A stretch of DNA of 64,000 nt from an uncultured archaeon (lineage in GTDB: Archaea > Altiarchaeota > Altiarchaeia > JAFGQM01): positions 1 to 64,000 of the forward strand of contig CAZUDQ010000003.1 of assembly GCA_964619365.1 (NCBI GenBank), read 5' to 3'. The position numbers and the translations under genes were made by a program. This document shows positions 28,958 to 38,222 of this stretch, in pieces; the stretch's first letter is position 1; every line of letters begins with the position of its first letter. A model generated the notes under the pieces. It searched no databases, was not told the DNA's origin, and saw only the letters and a list, made by a program, of their open reading frames with translations.

Positions 28958-29071
28958 GTGAACTTATCAAAATTTAACATAATCTTAATTGTTGTTGTGC
29001 TTATACTTGCCGTTATATGGCTTGGAATAGTCTTAAGGGGGCATTGCCCCTCCCGCACCTTTAATAGTTAA
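28958..29071 (+). CDS. 37-aa single-TM microprotein, copy 2 (MNLSKFNIILIVVVLILAVIWLGIVLRGHCPSRTFNS; GTG start)
   Basis: Hand-translated; paralog of 26094-26207. Confidence 0.65.
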   Translation: MNLSKFNIILIVVVLILAVIWLGIVLRGHCPSRTFNS

Positions 29072-29129
29072 GTATGTTGATTTTTCTTGCAGTTCCCATT
29101 AAGTTTCTATATTAAGCTAAGCCCAAACG

Positions 29130-30617
29130 ATGAGCAACCTTTTTTATCCCCAAAAAGTCGCAGATACTAAACTTATAACGCGCGACGTTTCACTTGTCTT
29201 CATGTGGGCAGGACTCCTTTTTCTTATACCTATGTTTGTCAGCATACTATACGGCGAGGCAAACTGGCCGATATATCTTGCCCTCATAGCCTTGACATCA
29301 GGCCCTGCCTATCTCCTGTCAAAAATAGCGCGCCACGATACGAAAAAGCCCTTTACAGATATGACCTTAATCACTCTTGCCGCAGCTTGGCTTATTCTCT
29401 CCCTTGTGGGGGCATATCCCTTCTTTTTCATGACAGATATGGGAGTTCTTGACTCTTATTTCGAGTCAGTTTCATCCATTTCAACAGCGGGTATAACAAA
29501 TATTGCCCTCCCGGAAAGCTTTCCGCCAAGCATCCTCTTATGGCGCACAGTACTCGCATGGATTGGAGGCATAGGGATAACCGCCTTTGCTTTTTACACC
29601 CTCATGCAAAGCGAGTCTATACGGCGTATTGTTGCTGGAGAAGGCTTTGAGCGGTTGCGCCCGAGTATTGTCAATTCTGCAAAGATAATCTTTAAGATAT
29701 ACTGTTTTTGGACTGTTGCAGGAATCATCGCGCTTCTTCTTCTTGGAGTCCCTGCGTTTGATTCGCTTAATCTTTCCATGAACGCTGTTTCAACAACGGG
29801 GGCCGATGTCAGAAATGGTGGTTGGCTCTATTATCAAGACAGCCTTAGCGGCAATTTTCCTATATTTGCAGGCGTGATGCTCGTGTTGATGTTTGCAGGA
29901 GCGACATCATTTGTCGCCCACTACCGCGTCTTTAAGGGGAAAAACCCGATTGAGTATTTTCGTGACCAGGAAACAAAATGGTTTATAGGAATACTTGCAG
30001 GCGGAGCTCTTGCTTTCTTTTTATTCTTAACGATATTCCCCGGAAATCTTGGAACGCCAAACCAGGATCCAATTGTCATGTCATATGAAGCCATGTCAAC
30101 TTCTACAACCGGCGGTTTTGAAATATTCCCATATGTCACAGGTCTTCCCGAAACTGCGAGCTTTTTGATGTTTGGTCTCTTTATTCTAGCCCTAATTGGA
30201 GGCTCAACAAACAGCGCTGCAGGAGGTCTTAAAGTAAAGCGCATAATCCTGCTTTTACACTACGTTTCATGGAAGTTAAAGCAGCAAATAGCACCAAAAG
30301 GCGCAATATCCCATTTTAAACTGAGCAAAAAACCAGTTTCGATAGATGAAGTGACAAATGCCGCAACATTCATCTTCATATACTGTTTTGCCATCTTTCT
30401 TGTATTGTTCTTAGTTCTTGCGGCCCAGCCTGAAATGAATGTCCAAGACGGCATACTAATGGTCGCCTCAGCCCAGTCTGGCGGGGGTGTTACCCCAATT
30501 CCGGCGTACGACCTTGCATGGCAGTCAAAATTCTTCCTTCTTTTTACAATGATGTTTGGAAGACTTGAATTCATCCCGCTTCTTGCCATGGGAGCATTTT
30601 TGGTACATAAACGCTGA
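29130..30617 (+). CDS. trkH: Trk K+ uptake membrane subunit
   Basis: FESVSSISTAG, WIGGIG, IGGSTNSAAGGLK and MMFGRLE pore-loop motifs. Confidence 0.93.
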   Translation: MSNLFYPQKVADTKLITRDVSLVFMWAGLLFLIPMFVSILYGEANWPIYLALIALTSGPAYLLSKIARHDTKKPFTDMTLITLAAAWLILSLVGAYPFFFMTDMGVLDSYFESVSSISTAGITNIALPESFPPSILLWRTVLAWIGGIGITAFAFYTLMQSESIRRIVAGEGFERLRPSIVNSAKIIFKIYCFWTVAGIIALLLLGVPAFDSLNLSMNAVSTTGADVRNGGWLYYQDSLSGNFPIFAGVMLVLMFAGATSFVAHYRVFKGKNPIEYFRDQETKWFIGILAGGALAFFLFLTIFPGNLGTPNQDPIVMSYEAMSTSTTGGFEIFPYVTGLPETASFLMFGLFILALIGGSTNSAAGGLKVKRIILLLHYVSWKLKQQIAPKGAISHFKLSKKPVSIDEVTNAATFIFIYCFAIFLVLFLVLAAQPEMNVQDGILMVASAQSGGGVTPIPAYDLAWQSKFFLLFTMMFGRLEFIPLLAMGAFLVHKR

Positions 30618-30654
30618 CCTTTAATTCCACAGAATCTCTAAATATAAAAAGAAA

Positions 30655-31314
30655 ATGTATATCACGATTACAGGCGCAGGAGTATTGGGGTTTTACACCG
30701 CGAAATTCCTCTCTGAGCGAGGTCATGACGTTATCGTTATAGAACAAAAAAAGGATAGGGCAGACTCAGTCGCCGACAAGATTGACGCAACTGTGATATG
30801 TGGCGATGCAAAAGAGATAAAGACGCTACAGGAAGCCGGAATCGAACATTGCGATGTCGTCCTTGCAATGACTGGAAATGACGATTCAAACATACTAATC
30901 TCAATTCTTTCAAAACAGCTTGGTGCAAAGCGCGCCCTTTGTAGAATAACTCACATCGAATATAGTGAGGATCTTTTCAAGAAGCTTGGAATTGATGCCG
31001 TGATATACCCCGAACTCTCGATTGCAACACAGATTGAGGAGATGGTAGGCGACCAAGACATAATAGGGTTTGCGATGCTTGATGATGGAAACATCGAGAT
31101 GGTCGAATTTGTTGCAAAACAAGGCTCCAAGATGATTGGCAAAAAGATATCCTCAATATCTTTCCCAAAAAATTCAAGAGTAATATCAATAATAAGAAAA
31201 GACGGTCAAATGCAAGAAGCAGAACCCGAAAATGTTATTAGTATAGGCGATAAACTCCTTGTACTCACGAGCAAAACAGAGCTGCAAAAAGTCGAAAAAG
31301 AGCTTTTAAAATAA
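30655..31314 (+). CDS. trkA: Trk K+ uptake RCK subunit
   Basis: GAGVLG Rossmann start, ICGDA, TGNDDSN, YPE, TrkA-C domain. Confidence 0.93.
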   Translation: MYITITGAGVLGFYTAKFLSERGHDVIVIEQKKDRADSVADKIDATVICGDAKEIKTLQEAGIEHCDVVLAMTGNDDSNILISILSKQLGAKRALCRITHIEYSEDLFKKLGIDAVIYPELSIATQIEEMVGDQDIIGFAMLDDGNIEMVEFVAKQGSKMIGKKISSISFPKNSRVISIIRKDGQMQEAEPENVISIGDKLLVLTSKTELQKVEKELLK

Positions 31315-31434
31315 TTATCCCCCAACGATAATTTTATTATGGGGCAACTATTTCTTTACTTAAATCAATAGTTTCAACTCTCCAGTTTGGCTTCCATTCC
31401 GCAAAATATCTTAAAGATACAAAGGGGGTGAAAA

Positions 31435-31626
31435 ATGACAGATACTAATCTTGAAAAAGTAGGTGCGCTTTGGCAGAATACTTCAGCTGACGGAAAACCG
31501 TATTTTAAAATGGATTTATCCGGAAGAAAGCTTGTAGTATTCCCAAATGGGTACAAAGAAGATGATAAACAGCCGGATTTTCTAGTTTATGAGCGGACAA
31601 AGCTCGAAGAAAGCAAAAAAGACTGA
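31435..31626 (+). CDS. Small DUF736-like protein
   Basis: VGALW..S.DGKPY...VVFPN..K..KQPDF pattern; purine-rich SD-like GGGGTG upstream. Confidence 0.65.
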   Translation: MTDTNLEKVGALWQNTSADGKPYFKMDLSGRKLVVFPNGYKEDDKQPDFLVYERTKLEESKKD

Positions 31627-31726
31627 TTCTTGCGGAAATTCAGCTTGCCCAACCCGCAAACCTTCTTTTTTATACAATTACACGCAAAATAGCCGCATCA
31701 GCGCCTCAAATGGAGCTTAAGCTCAT

Positions 31727-31760
31727 TACTAAATAACTACTAAATAACTACTAAATAACT
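31727..31760 (+). repeat. 11-bp tandem repeat TACTAAATAAC x3 immediately upstream of tRNA-Pro
   Basis: Units start at 31727, 31738 and 31749. Confidence 0.9.
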
Positions 31761-31763
31761 TTT

Positions 31764-31838
31764 GGGACCGTAGGGTAGCCAGGTTCATCCTTCAGGCTTT
31801 GGGAGCCTGTGACCCGAGTTCAAATCTCGGCGGTCCCA
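31764..31838 (+). tRNA. tRNA-Pro(TGG)
   Basis: Acceptor GGGACCG/CGGTCCC; anticodon arm CAGGC-TTTGGGA-GCCTG; GTTCAAATC T-loop. Confidence 0.96.
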
Positions 31839-31932
31839 CTCATTCTTTTAACAAATATATCGGAAAACATCTTTTTATTGTTTATCCTGTTATAAAACAA
31901 GTCAATCTTTTAGATTTGTACATACATCAAAA

Positions 31933-32664
31933 ATGGATTATAAAGAAGGGTCAATGGGACTTGCGATAATACTGGGTGCGATACTTTTTATTATTTTTAG
32001 CTTTGTTTTTGGCTTTATTGGAGGATTTAGCGGAAATTGGATAGTCATGGCGATAATGTCGTTCATTTTGGCCCCGGTCTTAACAGGTGCCGTTGCGGCA
32101 ATCATAGCAAAAGGTAGTGCCGGACGCGGCTTTGTAGCTGGCTTTTCATCAGTCCTTATAGGATATTACATCTTTTTGGTGTTGACAATACTCCTTCTTG
32201 CAATAACAATGGCAGGACTAGGTATCCCGATAGACCAAGTAATTGCGATGGCTATAGGGCTTCCAGGGGTAGCATTAAGTCTTATATTGTCAATAGTTCT
32301 TGGCGTGATTGTACTCCCAATAATCCTTGGAATATTTGGTGGAATCGGTGGTGCGATAATCTCTGCTGCAACGGCAACAAAAGCCAATGCGCATCAGCCC
32401 CAAGCACCTGCTGCCGCGATACACACAACAATCATTCAGGCTCCAGCAAGCCCTGTGGCCGCTGCGGCGCCCATTGTCATAAATTCGGCTTCGCCTGCCC
32501 CTCCAAAAGCAGCTGAGCCGGTAGCAGCACCCGCAAAAGTAGTAGCTAAAACAGAGGTGGCAAAAGAAGCTTCAGTGTCTAAGTTAAAATGTGCAAACTG
32601 TGGTGCTGAAAATAAGGCTGGTGTTACGTTCTGCAAGTCCTGTGGTTCAAGGCTTAAGGGCTAA
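31933..32664 (+). CDS. Multi-TM membrane protein with Ala/Pro linker and C-terminal Zn ribbon
   Basis: Gly-rich TM helices; CANCGAEN...FCKSCG. Confidence 0.85.
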   Translation: MDYKEGSMGLAIILGAILFIIFSFVFGFIGGFSGNWIVMAIMSFILAPVLTGAVAAIIAKGSAGRGFVAGFSSVLIGYYIFLVLTILLLAITMAGLGIPIDQVIAMAIGLPGVALSLILSIVLGVIVLPIILGIFGGIGGAIISAATATKANAHQPQAPAAAIHTTIIQAPASPVAAAAPIVINSASPAPPKAAEPVAAPAKVVAKTEVAKEASVSKLKCANCGAENKAGVTFCKSCGSRLKG

Positions 32665-32684
32665 GATTTTTGTATTTTAGAAGG

Positions 32685-32730
32685 AATAAGAAAATCTTAC
32701 TTTTTTTCTAAAGTAAGAATTTCTTACTTT
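32685..32730. repeat. Two copies of the AAAGTAAGA-N3-TCTTACTTT palindrome between convergent genes
   Basis: 32685-32703 (imperfect) and 32710-32730. Confidence 0.8.
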
Positions 32731-32736
32731 TCTCTT

Positions 32737-33225
32737 TTAGATGATTTTTCCGCCTTGAAAGCGCCCGCTGTAAGGGACAACTCCACCCCCCACTTCCTCA
32801 AATACTATCTGGGCGATTTTTACTCCCTTCTCAACTACAAAGTCATGGGTGGAGATGTTCTTTAAACCAAAAGTGAGTGTCCCGCAAAAACCTGGGTCGA
32901 CAAGGGCGTTAAACGTTGATGCGCCACAGCGAAAAAGGGAGCTTTTATTAAGGACGCGCGCGGCAAGATCCTTTGGCATATTGATTTTTTCTATGGTTTC
33001 CATAAGGACATAGTCTCCAGGCTTTAAGACTATTTCATTTTCAGGTATTTCTTTTACTTCTGGCATCACCCTACCTGAAAGCTTCATTGCAGCTTCACCA
33101 GATGCGTCATAAAATGTCTTTACTCTAAGGTCATATCCACAGGATTCAAGGCAATCCTCGCAGTAGTTCTCTATGAGATTTTCTTCCTTAATCCGCTTTT
33201 CCAAAAGCGCGCGTCCAAGAATCAT
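32737..33225 (-). CDS. dcd: dCTP deaminase/dUTPase-family protein
   Basis: GYDLR, KSSLFRCG, VDPGFCG, IAQIVF and YSGRFQ motifs. Confidence 0.8.
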   Translation of the reverse strand: MILGRALLEKRIKEENLIENYCEDCLESCGYDLRVKTFYDASGEAAMKLSGRVMPEVKEIPENEIVLKPGDYVLMETIEKINMPKDLAARVLNKSSLFRCGASTFNALVDPGFCGTLTFGLKNISTHDFVVEKGVKIAQIVFEEVGGGVVPYSGRFQGGKII

Positions 33226-33905
33226 TTTCCAAATTTTCTTTCTGTGTTAGAGTATTGAGCGAATGCGCAATTTAGGTCTTGTTCAGAAAAATCAGGAAAG
33301 GGTTTTTCACAAAGGAAAAGCTCCGAATATGCGCTTTGCCACAAAAGAAAATTGCTTATTCTTTTTTCTGCAGTCCTTATTACAAGGTCTGGGGCACTTT
33401 TTACCCAAAGGCAGTCTTCAAAGTTCTTGTCATTAAATTCTTTGCCTGAAGCACAGAGTTTTTTTGCGGCAAAAAGAATCTCCTCTCGCCCAGAGTAATT
33501 AAAGCATAAATTGAGTTTGCAAGAATCATAGTTCTCTGTTTTATCTTTTGCCTTTTTTATTAGCTCTTGCATGCTTTTTGGGAATATCGAAGTCTCCCCA
33601 GGGAACTCCACATGCACCTTTCTTTCATCGATTAATTTTGATTCTAAAAGTCTCCCGAAGGCTTCTTCAAGATACAAAAAAAGGCCGTCAAGCTCTTCTT
33701 TTGGGCGCTTTTCGAGATTCTCCTTTGATATAGAATAAGCCGTGATTTCCTTGACGCCTGCTGCGTAGCACCACTCTGAGAACTCTTCAAAACGAGTTAT
33801 ACCTTCTTTATGGCCTTCCCATACGGCAAGACCGTGCTCTTTTGCCCATCTGCGATTACCATCTGGAATCAAGGCAACGTGCTGCGGTATTTTTGTCGTT
33901 CTCAT
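33222..33905 (-). CDS. uppS: cis-prenyltransferase (undecaprenyl diphosphate synthase family)
   Basis: HVALIPDGNRRWA, YSGREEI, PDLVIRT and RISNFLLWQSAYSE motifs. Confidence 0.95.
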   Translation of the reverse strand: MRTTKIPQHVALIPDGNRRWAKEHGLAVWEGHKEGITRFEEFSEWCYAAGVKEITAYSISKENLEKRPKEELDGLFLYLEEAFGRLLESKLIDERKVHVEFPGETSIFPKSMQELIKKAKDKTENYDSCKLNLCFNYSGREEILFAAKKLCASGKEFNDKNFEDCLWVKSAPDLVIRTAEKRISNFLLWQSAYSELFLCEKPFPDFSEQDLNCAFAQYSNTERKFGK

Positions 33906-33994
33906 TTTTTATGTCAAGTTCGTCAAATTAGTCGTGCTAAGTTCTATACTCTAGAAACAAAAACAAAGATAATTTTTACTAATTAGAAAATAAA

Positions 33995-35203
33995 ATGAAA
34001 ACAGTTCTGGCTTATTCGGGAGGGCTTGATACATCAGTCCTCATAAAGAAGATGCAGGACCCGGAAGGGGATTATGCAACAGATATTGTAACATTCACTC
34101 TTGAGCTTGGACAGGGTGATGAGGATTTAAAGGCAATTGAAGCCAAGGCAAAGGCGCTTGGCGCGCGCGCGACACATTCTGTTGACGCAAGAGAGGAGTT
34201 TGTCAGGGAATATATCTCAAAAGCAATCAAAGCAAATGGCCTTTATGAAGGCAAATACCCGCTTGGAACTGCAATCGGGCGACCTCTTATTGCAAAAAAG
34301 ATGGTTGAACTTGCACAAAAGGAAGGTGCAGACGCAGTCGCTCATGGTTCGACAGGAAAAGGCAATGACCAGGTAAGATTTGACGTTTCTTTCCGAGCAC
34401 TTAATCCAAAATTAAAGATAATCGCCCCGATGCGCGACACCTGGATTGCACGCGAGGACGCGATAGATTATGCTGAAGCCAATGGGATAGACCTTCGCGG
34501 CATAACAAAAAAGAAGATTTACTCGGTTGATGAGAACCTTTGGTGCAGAAGCTGTGAAGGTGGACCACTAGAAGACCCTTATAACGAGCCGGGCGAAGAT
34601 GCTTATCGCTGGACAAAAAACCCAGCAGATTGCCCGGAGTCCCCAAGCTACATCGAAATAGATTTTGAAAAAGGAGTCCCCGTTGCTCTTGATGGGAAAA
34701 AGATAGGGGGCGTTGAACTTATTGCAACAGTGAATAAGGTTGCAGGCGAAAATGGAGTCGGAAGAATCGACATGATTGAAGACCGCCTTGTCGGGATAAA
34801 GAGCCGCGAAGTGTATGAATGCCCTGCGGCAATAACAATAATTGAAGCGCATAAAGACCTTGAGTCCTTAGTCTTCACACGCGAAGAGCGTCTCTTTAAG
34901 GAGATTATTGACTCCAAGTGGTCGCAGATGGCTTACATGGGTCAGTGGTTTGAGCCTTTGATGGAGGACTTAAACGCATTTATTGATAAAAGCCAGGAAA
35001 AGATTACGGGCACAGTCCGCGTAAAACTCTTTAAGGGAACCTGCACGGTTGTTGGCAGGAAGTCAAAATACTCGCTTTACGATGCAGGCCTTGCGACCTA
35101 TGACGCATCAGACACTTTTGACCACAAAAGCGCAGAAGGATTCATTAAACTCTGGGGACTTCCTTCAGAAGTTGCAGGACTGCGAGCAAGAAAACAAAAA
35201 TAA
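33995..35203 (+). CDS. argG: Argininosuccinate synthase
   Basis: LAYSGGLDTS, HGSTGKGNDQVRF and KSREVYE motifs. Confidence 0.97.
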   Translation: MKTVLAYSGGLDTSVLIKKMQDPEGDYATDIVTFTLELGQGDEDLKAIEAKAKALGARATHSVDAREEFVREYISKAIKANGLYEGKYPLGTAIGRPLIAKKMVELAQKEGADAVAHGSTGKGNDQVRFDVSFRALNPKLKIIAPMRDTWIAREDAIDYAEANGIDLRGITKKKIYSVDENLWCRSCEGGPLEDPYNEPGEDAYRWTKNPADCPESPSYIEIDFEKGVPVALDGKKIGGVELIATVNKVAGENGVGRIDMIEDRLVGIKSREVYECPAAITIIEAHKDLESLVFTREERLFKEIIDSKWSQMAYMGQWFEPLMEDLNAFIDKSQEKITGTVRVKLFKGTCTVVGRKSKYSLYDAGLATYDASDTFDHKSAEGFIKLWGLPSEVAGLRARKQK

Positions 35204-35225
35204 AGACTAAAATAGAGAAGAAAGC

Positions 35226-36572
35226 TTAACCTAGGATTTTTTCTATTGCTGTCTCAAATTCTTTTCTGGCGGCAAAAACCTTCTTTTTACTGTGTTCCAG
35301 ATTCTTCTTTGCAAGCGCGAGGCCTAAGTTCCCTGTCGCTCCCTGGTGAGTTTTCTTCATTATATTTTTCACAGGGTCTTCTTCTTTTAAGGAATTAAGG
35401 TTCTTTGCAACTTCAATGTATGCTTCGCGCCATGGCTTTCCTTTTGCGGCAAGTTCTATTGCAGCGTCTGTCGCAAAAATCTCAGGCACGCACGCATCTT
35501 TGCAGCGTTTTTCATTTATTTCCAAGCCTTCAATGACAAGAGTCATTATGCGAACAGAGGAAAGCGTTATACCAAAGCTTTCCATAAGCGGTTCTTTTGT
35601 CTCCTGGAAATCCCGGTTGTATCCCGAAGGCAAATCTTTGATTATGTTTATCACTTGATTGTAGGCTGAAAGCACCTTTTCACTCTTTGCGCGCACAAGT
35701 TCAAGGATATCAGGATTCTTCTTGTTTGGCATAATTGAAGAGCCGGTGCAGAACTCATCAGGTATGCTGATATAACCAATCTCAGGGATTGAGAAGAAAA
35801 TAAGGTCGCCACTCATCTTGGAAAGGTCAGCCATTATCTGCCCGAGCGCCGAAATAACTATGCTTTCAATCTTGCCGCGACTGTTATTGGCATAAAGGAC
35901 GTTGTTTTGCACTTTTGCAAAACCCAGCATGTCCGAGACCTCCTGACGGTTGATTGGAAGTGGGACACCGTAGCTTGCAGCACTCCCCAAAGGAGACTGG
36001 TCAATAAGCTTAAATGCGGTCTTTAGGACGCGCACGTCGTCGAGAAGACTTTCGGCATAGGCTCCCGCCCAAAGGCCGACTGAAGAAGGCATCGCGCGCT
36101 GAGTGTGGGTTCGCCCCGGAACTGGAATCTTTTCACCCTTTTTTGCAAAACCAAGCAGGGTATCAATAAGCTGGAAAACGGCTTCTGCTACCTCAAATAT
36201 CTCTTCTTTTGAATAAAGGCGCAGGTCTAAAAGCACCTGGTCGTTTCGTGAGCGGCAGGTGTGGATGCGCTTTCCTGTCCGTCCAAGACGCTTGACAAGA
36301 CGATTCTCAATTGCCGTGTGAACATCTTCGTCATTACGGGATATCTTGAATTTGCCAGCATTATGGTCCTTTAAAATCACAAGAAGCTCTTTTTTTAGCT
36401 CGGTAAACTCTTTTGGAGAAAGAATACCAATATCTTTAAGCATGTGGGCATGTGCGATGCTGCCTGCAACATCCCATTTTACAAGAGAATCATCCAGGAG
36501 ATAGTCTCCGCCAACTGTGAATTCCTCGATTCCCTCCTCGAGCTCGTAGCCTTTATCCCAAAGTTTGACCAT
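35226..36572 (-). CDS. argH: Argininosuccinate lyase
   Basis: EDVH, RSRNDQV, GSSIMPNKKNPD and LPSGYNRD motifs. Confidence 0.95.
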   Translation of the reverse strand: MVKLWDKGYELEEGIEEFTVGGDYLLDDSLVKWDVAGSIAHAHMLKDIGILSPKEFTELKKELLVILKDHNAGKFKISRNDEDVHTAIENRLVKRLGRTGKRIHTCRSRNDQVLLDLRLYSKEEIFEVAEAVFQLIDTLLGFAKKGEKIPVPGRTHTQRAMPSSVGLWAGAYAESLLDDVRVLKTAFKLIDQSPLGSAASYGVPLPINRQEVSDMLGFAKVQNNVLYANNSRGKIESIVISALGQIMADLSKMSGDLIFFSIPEIGYISIPDEFCTGSSIMPNKKNPDILELVRAKSEKVLSAYNQVINIIKDLPSGYNRDFQETKEPLMESFGITLSSVRIMTLVIEGLEINEKRCKDACVPEIFATDAAIELAAKGKPWREAYIEVAKNLNSLKEEDPVKNIMKKTHQGATGNLGLALAKKNLEHSKKKVFAARKEFETAIEKILG

Positions 36573-36654
36573 GCGTAATTTTAGATTTGAAGCAAGAAAA
36601 GGCTATACTTCTTCACTTCTTTTGTTTATATCTGATTTCTTTCAAATATGAAAA

Positions 36655-37560
36655 ATGGATAAGAACTTAATAGAGCTGGACGATTTGTCAAAAAAAGACA
36701 TAGATTCCATTCTGGAACTGGCCTTAGACATTAAGGCAAACCCTCAGAAATACGAGAAAGTCATGGATCAAAAGACCCTCGCCATGATATTTGAGAAGCC
36801 TTCGCTTCGTACGCGCGTTTCCTTCGAAACCGGTATGACAAAAATGGGCGGTCATTCAATATTTCTTTCAAAAAACGATATTCAGCTTGGTCGTGGCGAG
36901 ACTATTGAAGATACCGCAAAAGTCACAAGCCGTTACGTTGACATAATAATGGCGCGAACCTTTGAACATAAGACCGTCGAAGCCTTGGCAAAAAACGCGA
37001 CAGTGCCAGTTATTAACGGCCTTACAAATTACAATCATCCCTGCCAGATTTTAACAGATCTTTTTACAATAAAAGAGAAGCTAGGGACAATAGAGAATAT
37101 CAAGCTTGCGTTCCTTGGCGACTGCACAAATAACACTTGCCACTCATGGCTTCTTGTTGCAAAAGCAATAGGTATGCAGGTTGCCTGCGCATTTCCCGAA
37201 GGCTACGCCCCAGGCGAAGACGTCCTTAAGAAGGCAAAAGGCCACTACTCCCTGACAAACGACTCAAAAGAAGCAGTAACAGGCGCTGATGTCATATACA
37301 CTGACACCTGGATGAGTCTTCACATAGCAGAAGAAGAGCGTTTTGCACGCACTGCAGCACTCATGCCCTACCAGGTAACTGAATCTTTAATGAAAAATGC
37401 AAAGCCTTCTGCAATATTCATGCACTGCCTCCCGGCACACCGTGGAGAGGAGATGACAACAGGAGTCATTGACGGGCCGCAAAGCGTTGTTATTGACGAG
37501 GCAGAAAACCGCATGTGGACGCAGAATGCAATAATCCTAAAACTTATGGAGAAAGCATAA
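36655..37560 (+). CDS. argF: Ornithine carbamoyltransferase
   Basis: FEKPSLRTRVSF, HPCQ, YTDTWMS and MHCLPAHRG motifs. Confidence 0.95.
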   Translation: MDKNLIELDDLSKKDIDSILELALDIKANPQKYEKVMDQKTLAMIFEKPSLRTRVSFETGMTKMGGHSIFLSKNDIQLGRGETIEDTAKVTSRYVDIIMARTFEHKTVEALAKNATVPVINGLTNYNHPCQILTDLFTIKEKLGTIENIKLAFLGDCTNNTCHSWLLVAKAIGMQVACAFPEGYAPGEDVLKKAKGHYSLTNDSKEAVTGADVIYTDTWMSLHIAEEERFARTAALMPYQVTESLMKNAKPSAIFMHCLPAHRGEEMTTGVIDGPQSVVIDEAENRMWTQNAIILKLMEKA

Positions 37561-37566
37561 GTTAGG

Positions 37567-38211
37567 ATGCCCTTGCCACACAAGCCAAAGGCACAAAAAA
37601 AGCCAGTCTACCATTTTGTCGATTTTGGATGTGGTTTTGAGAAAAAGAACGCTCCAGAGCGCCTAATAAATGTCGCTAGAAATCATCCAGATAAACTCGT
37701 CGCCGGCTTTGATTCTCAGCTAAGCCATAAGAAGATAAAATCCCTACGGCAGAAATATCCAAATTTAAGACTTTTTAATACAGTTCTCCCTGAGGGTATG
37801 AATAAACTCGAGCCAGGTTCTGTAGGTATTGCAAATATGGAATTTTTCTTGCAGAGCTTTTCCCGACCCAAAGGCGAAGCTGACAAGTTCCTTTCAATTC
37901 TTTCAGAAAAGATGCACCCCCATGGCAGGATATATGTGAGTTGTGTAAATGCCAATAGGCCCGCTTATGTTGAAGACTTCGAAAAGATAGCATTTAAACT
38001 TACTAGTCAAGACAAGTTTGGAAAAGATAATCGAAAGAGATTTTCAAACAGTCAGGGACAGAGACTATATCGGGATTTGATGGAAGGGGTGTCTAAGAAA
38101 GAACTAAAACGCCGAAATCCTCTTGCGTGGCCCACCTGGATAGATGAACTTCCCAGAGATCCAAAAATCTATGCCCCGACACGCCTTTGTTTTAAAGCCA
38201 AAAAAGACTAA
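37567..38211 (+). CDS. Basic SAM-dependent methyltransferase-like protein, paralog 1
   Basis: FVDFGCG motif I; clear paralog of the next gene. Confidence 0.7.
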   Translation: MPLPHKPKAQKKPVYHFVDFGCGFEKKNAPERLINVARNHPDKLVAGFDSQLSHKKIKSLRQKYPNLRLFNTVLPEGMNKLEPGSVGIANMEFFLQSFSRPKGEADKFLSILSEKMHPHGRIYVSCVNANRPAYVEDFEKIAFKLTSQDKFGKDNRKRFSNSQGQRLYRDLMEGVSKKELKRRNPLAWPTWIDELPRDPKIYAPTRLCFKAKKD

Positions 38212-38222
38212 TTAAATTCGAA

